Source: a virus
IMG/VR virus record: IMGVR_UViG_3300042731_002679
Span: 4,304 to 68,303 of that record
Length of the DNA: 64,000 nt
Direction: 5' to 3' (one strand)
This document shows positions 1 through 8,901 of the stretch, in pieces. Position 1 is the first letter of the stretch. Each line of letters begins with the position of its first letter. Position numbers and translations under genes: made by a program. The notes beneath the pieces are model-generated. The model searched no databases. It saw only the letters and a program-made list of their open reading frames with translations, and had not been told where the DNA came from.

Positions 1-393
1 GGCAAGGAACTCCCGCAAGTGTTTCGGCAGCTTGCCCAGGATGGCCGCCCGGAGTTTGTCGGGGTGGTAGTCGACCCTAGCAGCGAGTTGATCGACAGGG
101 ATGCGTGCCTCACTTTGCTCCTCGACCCATTTCGTCGCCTTTACGCCAGGGCCGAGCTTGCCGTGGACCTCGGCCAACTGCTCTCGGTAGGCTTTGACGG
201 CGTGGGCCAATTCGACGTAGCGAACCCCCAGCATATCCAGGGCTGCCACGCACTCGATCACGTCTTCCCGCGCCCACTCGACAAGCCCCAGGCAGAGAGC
301 CAAATCAGGGTCCGCGACGTGACGCCTCTCCGCTTCCGGGTCGCTCCACGTCTCGGCGATCTGCTTGGCGCGTTTCTTCTGGCTGGGATTCAC
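1..393 (-). CDS. hypothetical protein, runs off window edge
   Basis: Read manually: GTG at 393 after GAGGA, open to position 1 (MNPSQKKRAKQIAETWSD...); same strand as the operon. Confidence 0.6.
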   Translation of the reverse strand, partial: MNPSQKKRAKQIAETWSDPEAERRHVADPDLALCLGLVEWAREDVIECVAALDMLGVRYVELAHAVKAYREQLAEVHGKLGPGVKATKWVEEQSEARIPVDQLAARVDYHPDKLRAAILGKLPKHLREFLA

Positions 394-1027
394 CGTCAAT
401 CCTCGCTGTTCGACGCCCTAACCAGTTCTTTCGGGTGGGTCCGATGTGAAGAACTTCCCAGGGCGGTCTCCGAAGATTCGCCCGCGGCCACTGCTTGTAG
501 AAAGCCGTGTCGCAGCCCTGGCAGTTGGGAAATTGGGCAGGATAGGCAAGTTCCCCTCTCAGTGACGGATCGCCGGCATGGAATATCTGGCAGTAGCCGG
601 CGAACTCCCCCGTCTTGCTTTCGCGATCTGCGAAACCGAGCCTGCCCCACTCCTCTTCCGGGGGGATTGCGGCGTGGTTGTCCAGGCTGCGCCGCAGCGG
701 CGAGTAGAGGAAGCCCGGCTGGTACTCGTAGTCCTTCGCCGCCCGTGGTATCACCACGTCGGCATCGAGAATCGCGATCCAGCCGAAGGGTTCCATCCAC
801 TTGAGGGCCTCATTCAAGCCTGCGCCCTTGTTTATGACAGCATTGTCTGCGAAAAACACGTCGGTTGCCAGCAGACATACCTTCTCGTCCGATTCGTGGA
901 CAAGGGCCTGTGTCCTGGCGTCCATGCTGGCCGTGACCACGATGATCTCCTCGAAGATCGGCAGCCAGCTTGGCAGCACCCGCTGGAGGTAGTCGTCGTA
1001 GCCCACGCAGGTCGTGACGGCTCGCAT
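305..1027 (-). CDS. GT-A fold glycosyltransferase (GT2-like)
   Basis: N-terminal beta-strand, NKGAGLN, DxD motif (ILDADV), GYCQIF. Confidence 0.75.
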   Translation of the reverse strand: MRAVTTCVGYDDYLQRVLPSWLPIFEEIIVVTASMDARTQALVHESDEKVCLLATDVFFADNAVINKGAGLNEALKWMEPFGWIAILDADVVIPRAAKDYEYQPGFLYSPLRRSLDNHAAIPPEEEWGRLGFADRESKTGEFAGYCQIFHAGDPSLRGELAYPAQFPNCQGCDTAFYKQWPRANLRRPPWEVLHIGPTRKNWLGRRTARIDGESQPEETRQADRRDVERPGSGEASRRGP

Positions 1028-1030
1028 GGA

Positions 1031-1243
1031 TCAGTCCTGTCCGCAATCGAACGCTGAGATTCGTTCCCGCTTCATGGCGTTGATGATCTCCCCTACCCCC
1101 TTCTGGACGCTCAGCACGGACGGATGGTTGCGGAAGGCCACAGCGCCGGACCCGATCTGCTGCGGGTGCTTCGCTACCCAGCACACGTCTTCGGTGTCGA
1201 TCAGGGCTACGCCGCCGTCTTGCATCTGGACTTCAATGAGCAT
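1031..1243 (-). CDS. small hypothetical protein
   Basis: Fills the gap between GT genes with tight spacing. Confidence 0.55.
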   Translation of the reverse strand: MLIEVQMQDGGVALIDTEDVCWVAKHPQQIGSGAVAFRNHPSVLSVQKGVGEIINAMKRERISAFDCGQD

Positions 1244-1248
1244 GTGAC

Positions 1249-2145
1249 TTACCAGTACGGGTTGCTCTCGCACCGCACGCCGGGAATCTCGGGGTAGTCC
1301 TCGACCCGGTCGTGCTGGAGCGGATAGGCGTGCCAGGGGTCCTCTTGCCGGAACCGCTGGCTCGGAAGGTGCGAACGGTAAAACTTACACTTCGGCGACA
1401 GCATCGCTGCCACGAAGGAGAACGTGCTGTTCGGGGCCAAAATGACTTTACACTGCGTCAGCAGGTAGAAATCCGGGTAGAAGTCCATCTGCGACGGGTC
1501 CTTCTCTTGAAGGTCCCTGGGCAGGTAGTTGTAGTTCGGCAGCGGTTGATCGTAGAGCGACATCCCCAGGTCTTCGGCCGTGGCCGGATCGTACTGCGAG
1601 AACTCACTGACCAGCGACTTGTCTTCGGTGGCAATGAACATTCTCGGCCGGCTCAGGGTCGGCCACACTTCCTCCAGGCAACGCAAGTACCACTCGACCG
1701 GCGTGATGTAGAAGTGCAGCCGGCCGTAGTCGCCTCGGCGAAGATGCACGCCGACCCAGGTGTCGTAGGTCCCCTTGTTCTTCACCGTCATGGTTCCGAA
1801 TCGGAACAACTGGAGGAACCGCTGCTTCCACTTGCCGAAGTAGGACGTGTGATACTGGGCATAGCCGACGAAGTCCCGGTTCACCACGTCGTCGTGATCG
1901 GGCGGCAAGGCTTGGTAGAGGTGACTGTTTTGCAGAACGGGTTCATGGTAAGGCGGCAACTCACAGTCGATCGGTTGATACCGCGCATAGAGAAGGTCTT
2001 CACCGACCCAGGGCGGAAGCTGGAGTTGGCAGCCGTGTTCTTCGGCGTAGAGCGACAGGAAGGCGTACTGGAAACACTGGTTCCCCCAGCGGCCCATCTT
2101 GCCGAAGTTCCGCATGGTGATGATGGGTTTGTTGCTTTGGAACAC
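1249..2145 (-). CDS. alpha-1,2-fucosyltransferase-like (GT11)
   Basis: GRWGNQCFQY, VHLRRGDY and NSTFS motifs typical of GT11. Confidence 0.85.
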   Translation of the reverse strand: MFQSNKPIITMRNFGKMGRWGNQCFQYAFLSLYAEEHGCQLQLPPWVGEDLLYARYQPIDCELPPYHEPVLQNSHLYQALPPDHDDVVNRDFVGYAQYHTSYFGKWKQRFLQLFRFGTMTVKNKGTYDTWVGVHLRRGDYGRLHFYITPVEWYLRCLEEVWPTLSRPRMFIATEDKSLVSEFSQYDPATAEDLGMSLYDQPLPNYNYLPRDLQEKDPSQMDFYPDFYLLTQCKVILAPNSTFSFVAAMLSPKCKFYRSHLPSQRFRQEDPWHAYPLQHDRVEDYPEIPGVRCESNPYW

Positions 2146-2157
2146 GGCATGACTCGC

Positions 2158-3693
2158 TTAGGAGGGCTTGAAGAATTGGAGGTAGCCGCCGTGCGTGTTG
2201 ATCCGGCCCACCGCCCCGCAGATCGTCGTGGCATCGGGTTCCAGGCCGAGGAACCGGACAACCGACTCCACGAACTGCACGGGCATCGACTTGATCGCCT
2301 CGTAGCTGGTTATCAGGCTCGGGCACTCCACGGTCGACAGGCAGCCCATAAGCTGCGCCAGCAGGTTCGCCGACCGCTCGAACGATTGGTAGGGTTTTCG
2401 CGGGTGCGTGTTATACAGACGCGACTGGGCCAACGCCACCAAGTCACGGAACACGAAGATGCAGCACGGGTTCCGCACGTTCGACGGCAGCATGTCCAGG
2501 GTCACACGCCCGTAGGGATTCTTGAACCCCCACACATCAAACCGCTCGTTGAGTTGCGAGACCTCATATTCCTGATCGGCCATCGACCCACGGACGAAAA
2601 TCTTGTTCTCGAAGGACCCGCCGGATGCCATATCCTCGGGCTCGCCCATGTGAACCCCAAGCCCATCGAGGACGGCCGCCACCGACGACGTACCGCCACG
2701 CGGCACGCCGACAACGAGGACCGTCTTGGGCTCGTCCGCGTCGGCCATTCCGTTGGCGACGAACATCACCGGGGCGGCGGCCCCGATGCCTTCCGTGGTG
2801 CGGTTCGTGGCAAGATCGAACGCCTCGATCTCCGGCATCTTCTCCACCGTTTTCTGCGTAACCGCCTCCAACTCGTAAACCTGCTGCGTGTTGTGGTGCT
2901 GTTGCGACAGCGCCCGCAGTTCCCCCACCAGAATGTCATTGAGCGCCCCCTTTTCTTCCGGGGCGCGGGCGTAGTTACTGGCCTCGCCGCTGGCGTAGGT
3001 GTGGTCGTACTCCAGGCCGCCCAGCACGGCCAGCGTGCGGCCACTGGCAAGCCAGTACATATTGAAGATGAACGAATCGTTGGCGTCGAAGATGAGTCTT
3101 GATCGGTGGCGTTGACGCTCGCCTTCCGGGAGTCCCAACCAGTTGGGCATTTCCAGATCGGCACGCCAACCACGGTACTCCCCGAACACCTCCAAGAAGG
3201 TTTCGCGATGCACGGTTTGGTTGCCGGTATTCAGCATGCAGCCGGCCATCGGCCGATCGACGAGATCGCCCGCTTCGCGTATCGACCAGGCGCCAATCAG
3301 TTCCCGGTAGTCGAACTCCGGGCGTGCGAACGAAGGGCAATACCACACGTTCGGGTCAAGGCACGGTTCGACCTGCAACAGCCGGTCAATGAACTCATGG
3401 CTCATGCAGTTGTCGGAATCGCAGTTGATAACCCATTCACCGGAACACTGGGCAATGGCCTCCAGCTTGTTGCCGAAAACGCCGAGATTGACCGTGTTTT
3501 GAAGAAACCGCGCTTTCGGACAGCCTGGACATGCCGTTACGCCGCCGCTCGGCGAAGCATCGTCCACGACGACGATTTCCGAAACAGCAGGATGGCCGTG
3601 GAGAGTTTCAATGGCACGGAAAAGAAGCTCGCCGTGTTCGCGCTCGGGTGTCAACTCGTTGTACGCGGTGATCGCAACGGAGAATTGTGTCAT
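2158..3693 (-). CDS. GT2 glycosyltransferase fused to a C-terminal sulfotransferase-like domain
   Basis: SVAITAYN, VVDDAS, NLGVFGN, DSD in N-half; VGVPRGGTSSVA PAPS-binding-loop-like motif, WGFKNP, FRD, SYE in C-half. Confidence 0.8.
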   Translation of the reverse strand: MTQFSVAITAYNELTPEREHGELLFRAIETLHGHPAVSEIVVVDDASPSGGVTACPGCPKARFLQNTVNLGVFGNKLEAIAQCSGEWVINCDSDNCMSHEFIDRLLQVEPCLDPNVWYCPSFARPEFDYRELIGAWSIREAGDLVDRPMAGCMLNTGNQTVHRETFLEVFGEYRGWRADLEMPNWLGLPEGERQRHRSRLIFDANDSFIFNMYWLASGRTLAVLGGLEYDHTYASGEASNYARAPEEKGALNDILVGELRALSQQHHNTQQVYELEAVTQKTVEKMPEIEAFDLATNRTTEGIGAAAPVMFVANGMADADEPKTVLVVGVPRGGTSSVAAVLDGLGVHMGEPEDMASGGSFENKIFVRGSMADQEYEVSQLNERFDVWGFKNPYGRVTLDMLPSNVRNPCCIFVFRDLVALAQSRLYNTHPRKPYQSFERSANLLAQLMGCLSTVECPSLITSYEAIKSMPVQFVESVVRFLGLEPDATTICGAVGRINTHGGYLQFFKPS

Positions 3694-4235
3694 GGCTTGA
3701 AGAACCAGAAAGAGGCGTTATCGTCGTGATCTTCGGGAACGGTATGGATGGGGGTATCGAACCGCCGGGCAAACTCGTCGGCGGCCGGCTTGACGGTCAG
3801 GGTGGGGTTGAGGTAGTCGTGGCCCGCCATGATTCCCCCTCGCCGCAGTTTGGGCCAGTAGCACTCCAGGTCACGCATCACGAACTCGTAGTAGTGCGTG
3901 GCGTCGATGTAGACGAAGTCGAGCGACCCATCGGGGATGCGGTCGGCCATGTCGTGCGACCAGCCGCGGAGGATCGCTACGCGGTCGTCGTTGCCGGCCG
4001 TGTTGGCGAGCATCCCCTGGTAGGCTTTGTCGTGGCGTTCGTTTGACCAGCCGCCGAGTTCGGCCTTCATGCCCTCGACGTGCTGCCAAAGGTCGATGAG
4101 ATACAGCAGCGACACACCCCAGGAAAGGATTTCCTTGGAGAACCGACCTTCGGCAACACCGACTTCGGCGGCGTGCCCGAGCAATTCGTGTTCGGCCAAG
4201 AGTTCACCGAACTGGCTGCGGTGTTTGATCTCCAC
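3690..4235 (-). CDS. class I SAM methyltransferase (Methyltransf_24-like)
   Basis: AEVGVAEG, LDFVYIDATH, GGIMAGHDY. Confidence 0.85.
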   Translation of the reverse strand: MEIKHRSQFGELLAEHELLGHAAEVGVAEGRFSKEILSWGVSLLYLIDLWQHVEGMKAELGGWSNERHDKAYQGMLANTAGNDDRVAILRGWSHDMADRIPDGSLDFVYIDATHYYEFVMRDLECYWPKLRRGGIMAGHDYLNPTLTVKPAADEFARRFDTPIHTVPEDHDDNASFWFFKP

Positions 4236-5007
4236 GATCCCCCCCCTTCTCCCAGTCGAACGTGCTGGGGTCGAAGTCTTCCATGCGCTCGGTCCACACA
4301 TAGGGACCGAGCTTCTTGAAGTGGCTGAAATGAGTGAACCCGCCCGTGCCGATGTCGCTGGCGTTGTCCATTTGCCACGCGGCGCCCGGGACGAGGCAGT
4401 AGCAGTTCAGGGCGTCCCCGATGCGAATGAAGTTGTGGTCGATGCCGTCCGAGTTGGGCAGCATTTCGTCCAGGGCGTCCAGTACCTTGCGGGCGTTGCG
4501 GCCGTTGACGAAGTAAGCGTAGGTTCCCCACTCCCCGAACACCCGCAGGATGTGCGGATCGTCTGTCGGTTCCACGTCGCGACCGCGATGGTGCCACGCC
4601 GCGCAGTCCGGGTTTGCGTACCACACCCCGGGCACATGAAACGTCGCCCCGAGGTAGAGCACGTCCCAGTCCCAGGTGAGGTGTTCTTCGAGGTACGCCA
4701 GCCGGTCCTGCAAGTCCTCGCAGAAGCACACGTCGTCCTCGAAGACTCCCACGATCCGATCCGAGCCAACGGCCGTGCGGATCACATGGGTCTGCGACTG
4801 GTAGCAGCCGATCGCTCCGGGCGTCCTGGCGCGGATACGGGCCACCTTCTCTTCCGGCCCCGGCCACTCTTCCGGCAGGAACGCCTCAAAACGATCAACC
4901 GGCAAGTTAGCGCGCGCGAACTGTTGATTGGCGTGGGCCATGCGATCCGTGCGGTGGGCCAGGTTGATTACCCAGTTATCCAGCCGGAAGCGGTCGAAGT
5001 GGCTCAT
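4204..5007 (-). CDS. glycosyltransferase family 25-like
   Basis: WVINLAHRTDR, GAIGCYQS, FEDD, WDVLYLG, TYAY motifs. Confidence 0.85.
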   Translation of the reverse strand: MSHFDRFRLDNWVINLAHRTDRMAHANQQFARANLPVDRFEAFLPEEWPGPEEKVARIRARTPGAIGCYQSQTHVIRTAVGSDRIVGVFEDDVCFCEDLQDRLAYLEEHLTWDWDVLYLGATFHVPGVWYANPDCAAWHHRGRDVEPTDDPHILRVFGEWGTYAYFVNGRNARKVLDALDEMLPNSDGIDHNFIRIGDALNCYCLVPGAAWQMDNASDIGTGGFTHFSHFKKLGPYVWTERMEDFDPSTFDWEKGGDRGDQTPQPVR

Positions 5008-5666
5008 GCTTCGCCTTTTCTGCGAAAGAGGTAGTTCTCGGAATACTCCCCGATGAGGTCGTGACCTGGCAGCAGGGCGATCAGTTCGTCAAGCGTCGGA
5101 TAGCCGAGGTACAACTGACCGAAGGACTGCTGGTTGTGGCACTCCACGTAGACGTAGCGGGTGCGGGCAAGGACTCTCTGCCCGCCGCGCAGCACCTTGG
5201 CCTCGGCGCCCTGCACGTCGATCCATGCCAAATCGACGGGAATGGGCAAATCAAACGTGTTGTCTGCCCACTCGTCGAGAGTCGTCGTCGGCACCTGGAT
5301 CGTGGAGTCGAACTTGCACCACGGGCTGTAGCTGAGGTGCCCAGTCGGCAGGCAGAGTGACCCGCTCTTGTCCCAATCTTGCCAGTCTTCCCGCTGGCAG
5401 TTCGGCGGCGTGCCGCCCGACTGGTAGAAGTCGAACTCTCCGCACTCGTCCGACAGGGCCATTTCAACGAGGGTGGCCCGGTTGCCGACGTTGGCGTGCC
5501 ACTTGGCGATCGCCCGCGGATCGCACTCGAAGCAGTAAACGTGCGCGTCGGGCAACGCCTCGACGAACCGAAGCGTGTCCTCCCCGTCGTTGGCACCGAT
5601 CTCCAAGATGGTCTGGGCGAACGGCCCGAGTAGATCGGGAAGTTCCTCGATGGGAAGTTCGGGCAT
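5004..5666 (-). CDS. FkbM-family methyltransferase
   Basis: ILEIGANDG, FECDP, TTLD, WIDVQGAE. Confidence 0.88.
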   Translation of the reverse strand: MPELPIEELPDLLGPFAQTILEIGANDGEDTLRFVEALPDAHVYCFECDPRAIAKWHANVGNRATLVEMALSDECGEFDFYQSGGTPPNCQREDWQDWDKSGSLCLPTGHLSYSPWCKFDSTIQVPTTTLDEWADNTFDLPIPVDLAWIDVQGAEAKVLRGGQRVLARTRYVYVECHNQQSFGQLYLGYPTLDELIALLPGHDLIGEYSENYLFRRKGEA

Positions 5667-5668
5667 CG

Positions 5669-6439
5669 TCACGTCCTCACGTACCGGGCCATGTTGTCCT
5701 GAATGGTCTCCTTCGACCGCCAGCCCTCGGCCATCCGGGGATGCTTGATGTGGAACAAACACATTTCGGGCTCGACCGGCATTTCCGCACGGTACTTCTC
5801 GCCGTATCTTCGCCAGATTTCCCGGTTCATCCACATATCCTCCCATCCCGATCCTGCGAAGGCTTCGCAGAATCTCAGGTCCCCCAAAGTTTCCCTGGTT
5901 ATCGAAAACTGGGAATTTCCGAACAGCGGTTCGCCGACCGGCTGATCGAGTTGCGGAAGGACCCGCCCCTCGTGGCGCAGCCGGTGGCGATCGTCATCGT
6001 ACCGTTCCCAGCAGTGATCCACGGCCTTGAGCCAATCCGGGTTGGTCACGTCGACCGAGAACGACACGGACGGCCGGAGGTCCCGAACCCGGTAGCAGAC
6101 CTTCGTGATCCGCGGATCGGCCAACCAGCGTGCGGCCTCGAACCACCGCCGGCCGACGAGGATGTCGGCGTCGAGGAAAGTCAGCACGTCGCCGGTTGCC
6201 GCTTCGATCCCCAGGTTCAGGGCCACCGGCTTGTTGTAGAGGTCCCCATCCTGTTCGTCTGCAACGAGCCGTACCGCGTCGTATTCCGTGCCCGGCAGCA
6301 GGCTGGATCGGTTGTCGACCACGACGATCTCGAAATCCCTGATGCGGCACGCCTTGGCCGATTCCACGAGGAAATGAAGGGCGCACGCCAGGTGGGCGTT
6401 GCGTTTCCTGTGCGGAATGATGATCGAGTGCCGAGGCAT
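5669..6439 (-). CDS. GT2/GT7-like glycosyltransferase
   Basis: SIIIPHRKR, VVVD, NKPVALNLG, FLDAD, GWED. Confidence 0.85.
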   Translation of the reverse strand: MPRHSIIIPHRKRNAHLACALHFLVESAKACRIRDFEIVVVDNRSSLLPGTEYDAVRLVADEQDGDLYNKPVALNLGIEAATGDVLTFLDADILVGRRWFEAARWLADPRITKVCYRVRDLRPSVSFSVDVTNPDWLKAVDHCWERYDDDRHRLRHEGRVLPQLDQPVGEPLFGNSQFSITRETLGDLRFCEAFAGSGWEDMWMNREIWRRYGEKYRAEMPVEPEMCLFHIKHPRMAEGWRSKETIQDNMARYVRT

Positions 6440-6605
6440 CCTGTGCCACCTTGGAGGGAGCAACCCGTGCGAAGGGAAAGCCTACCCGAGTTTTCGGGGT
6501 GCCGTCAAGATGGATTCCAGAAAAAACCTTCTGGCGCAACCCCCGCCCTGGATACACGTTATGTCACGCTGCGGAATTTCCCTGGCAATTTCACGGCATC
6601 ACTGC

Positions 6606-6633
6606 TTGACATCCCCGTCGCGTTCGATACACT
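6606..6633 (+). promoter_or_regulatory. sigma70-like promoter of the rightward replication operon
   Basis: TTGACA-N16-TACACT in the divergent intergenic region. Confidence 0.6.
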
Positions 6634-6685
6634 TGATGCCTATTCGGATTGGTTACTCCCTGGTGTTGAACGAGGCACACTTCTC

Positions 6686-6982
6686 ATGGACCAACATCCC
6701 CCCCCGCAGCCCGCGGACTACTGCTGCAACCCCGGCTGCACGAGCGACGGCGAGCAGAAAATCGCCAAGGCCCGAGGAATCTGCAACAACTGCTATCAGG
6801 TCCTTCGCCGCATGATCGCATCGAGCGAAAGCAGCCTGTCCTCCTGGGAAGAGGCGGAAGACCTGGGCTGGTGCCGGCCCCCGCGGCAACCGGGCGACAC
6901 CCGTTTCGATGTGTCAGCTATTTCTGCAAAAAACACGGAATCACCCGACAAAAGTGCTCGTGATGCTTGTTCTGGAAACTGA
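6686..6982 (+). CDS. small Cys-motif (putative Zn-finger) protein
   Basis: CCNPGC...ARGICNNCY; ATG after GAGG. Confidence 0.6.
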   Translation: MDQHPPPQPADYCCNPGCTSDGEQKIAKARGICNNCYQVLRRMIASSESSLSSWEEAEDLGWCRPPRQPGDTRFDVSAISAKNTESPDKSARDACSGN

Positions 6983-7023
6983 CAAGCACTGGGAAATCAA
7001 GACAACTTGCGCAAGGTGCGGGT

Positions 7024-7776
7024 ATGCGAATCCATCCAGCGGCAAAACTCTTCCCGCTCGACGACGGCGACAACCTGAAAGAGTTAGCCGCCGACATTCA
7101 AGAGCACGGCCAGCAAGTGCCCATTGAAATCTTCGAGGGACAACTGCTCGACGGGCGACGGCGTTTAATGGCGTGCGAATCCCTGGGCATCGCGTGCAAC
7201 TCCGTTGAGGTCGAACCGGAGGACCCCATCGCCTACGTCGTGTCGCTCAATGCCAAGCGGCGACACCTGACGCCGGCTCAGTTAGCCTTCGCAGCGGACA
7301 GTGCGAGGTCGCTGTACGATGAGCAGGCAAAGGAACGCCAGAAAGCTACCCTCAAACGCGGCAACGCACAGCCCGATGTGACCTCTGGATCACAACGGGA
7401 AAACCAGGGCAAGTCCCGCGATCACGTTGGGGCCGTTTTTGGCGTGAGCGGTCAGTCTGTTGACCGTGCGAAGCGCGTTCGACAGCAGGGTATACCGGAA
7501 CTGGAGTCTGCCGTCACGGCGGGCAAGGTGGCGCTGACACGGGCAGTGGAAATATCGCAACTGCCACGCGACGAACAGCCGGCAGCCCTGCAAGAAGCGA
7601 TCACTGTAAAACGGCGGCAACGCCCCATAAAGCCACCGCCTGCCGGAAGCATTCGTGGCAAAGGCATTAGGCTTGCCCACGAAGCGATAGCCTGCCTGAA
7701 AAAGATTCCAAAAAACGACGCATTACGGAAGCGCGGCTTCCAGGTCGTAACCGACTGGATCAGGCACAACAAGTGA
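7024..7776 (+). CDS. ParB/Srx N-terminal domain protein
   Basis: IHPAAKLFP, LAADIQEHG, LLDGRRR, SLNAKRRHLT, followed by HTH-like segment. Confidence 0.8.
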   Translation: MRIHPAAKLFPLDDGDNLKELAADIQEHGQQVPIEIFEGQLLDGRRRLMACESLGIACNSVEVEPEDPIAYVVSLNAKRRHLTPAQLAFAADSARSLYDEQAKERQKATLKRGNAQPDVTSGSQRENQGKSRDHVGAVFGVSGQSVDRAKRVRQQGIPELESAVTAGKVALTRAVEISQLPRDEQPAALQEAITVKRRQRPIKPPPAGSIRGKGIRLAHEAIACLKKIPKNDALRKRGFQVVTDWIRHNK

Positions 7777-7785
7777 GGAACCATC

Positions 7786-8562
7786 ATGGCGAAGTCAGCA
7801 ATCACGACAACAAAAAACTACAAGTTGTTTATGTTTAGCGATGAGAATCGCCCGCTTAACTTGAAGAAGCGGAAACGGCTCATGGAGTCGATGAAGCGGT
7901 ATGGCTTTCTGCGGTCGTTCCCGATTTCGTGCTATCGCTCTAATGGCAAAATCGTGGTGAAGGACGGTCAGCACCGGCTGGCGGTAGCCGAGGAACTCGG
8001 CCTTTCTGTCCACTATTACGTCGATGATGTCGACTACGACGTTGCGTTCGTGAACGGCTGCCAAGAGAAATGGACCGTGCGCGACTATGCCATGAAGCAC
8101 GCCAACGCTGGCATCAAACCGTATCAAGACGGGCTAGAGTTCTCCGACAGGTACGGCCTTCCCATCGGCGTCACGTTTGCCCTGCTGGCCGGCACCACAA
8201 CATTTGCCAACATCCAGCCCGCATTTGTCGATGGCACGTTCACGATCAAGGACATCGGATACGCATCGACCGTTGCGTCCACGTACCGAGCCTTGATCGA
8301 CCTGTCACCAGACATCAAAAATGCTCGCCTGATGGAAGCCTGCATGGCCGTCTGCCGCGTGCCAAAGTTCGACGCAACGAGACTTCTCACCGGGGCCAAG
8401 CGATGCCGGGATAAGCTGGTCGCCTACTCCACACGAGACGCCTACCTGGAACTGCTTGAAACCGTCTACAACTTTGGCCGCAAGGAACTGGTGCCGCTGA
8501 AAATCGAGGCAATCAATGCCATGCGAAAGCGGAGTCCTGTGCTCAAGCCCCCGAAGAAGTAG
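7786..8562 (+). CDS. ParB-like N-terminal domain protein
   Basis: ENRPLN, PI, DGQHRL motif. Confidence 0.75.
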   Translation: MAKSAITTTKNYKLFMFSDENRPLNLKKRKRLMESMKRYGFLRSFPISCYRSNGKIVVKDGQHRLAVAEELGLSVHYYVDDVDYDVAFVNGCQEKWTVRDYAMKHANAGIKPYQDGLEFSDRYGLPIGVTFALLAGTTTFANIQPAFVDGTFTIKDIGYASTVASTYRALIDLSPDIKNARLMEACMAVCRVPKFDATRLLTGAKRCRDKLVAYSTRDAYLELLETVYNFGRKELVPLKIEAINAMRKRSPVLKPPKK

Positions 8563-8602
8563 TACAACGGAGCCGCACGAAGCGGCATCACAAGGACGCG
8601 AC

Positions 8603-8794
8603 ATGCTTGTTCTGGAACGCGCGAAGAATGAGGCCGTCCTGGTCCCTTCCGTGTCAATGAAGATCGTCGTCATTTCGATCGACAACGGCAAGGTCAGGCT
8701 GGGATTCGAGGCCCCCCGGGAAGTTGACATCGTCCGCGACGACGCCAAAAACCCCAACCCCAAGGATCGAACCAACGGCGGGGAGCAAAGGTAG
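8603..8794 (+). CDS. csrA: carbon storage regulator CsrA/RsmA homologue
   Basis: MLVLERAKNE...VRLGFEAPREVDIVR matches the CsrA consensus MLILTR..GE...VRIGI.AP..V.V.R. Confidence 0.85.
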   Translation: MLVLERAKNEAVLVPSVSMKIVVISIDNGKVRLGFEAPREVDIVRDDAKNPNPKDRTNGGEQR

Positions 8795-8901
8795 CCGAAG
8801 ACCCGCAGAGGTGACGGCTCCCGGCTGTAGCAGGGCCTCTTGAGTGAGGTTGCGTCTCCTCCTGCGATGCCGGGCCCCCGCCCTTTTACTGGAGAGCGAA
8901 C

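Noticed and set aside
1312-3102. Long opposite-strand ORFs (also 27416-29182, 35067-36917, 38564-41341, 47349-49079)
   Set aside because: Shadow frames of real high-GC genes; no motifs or RBS
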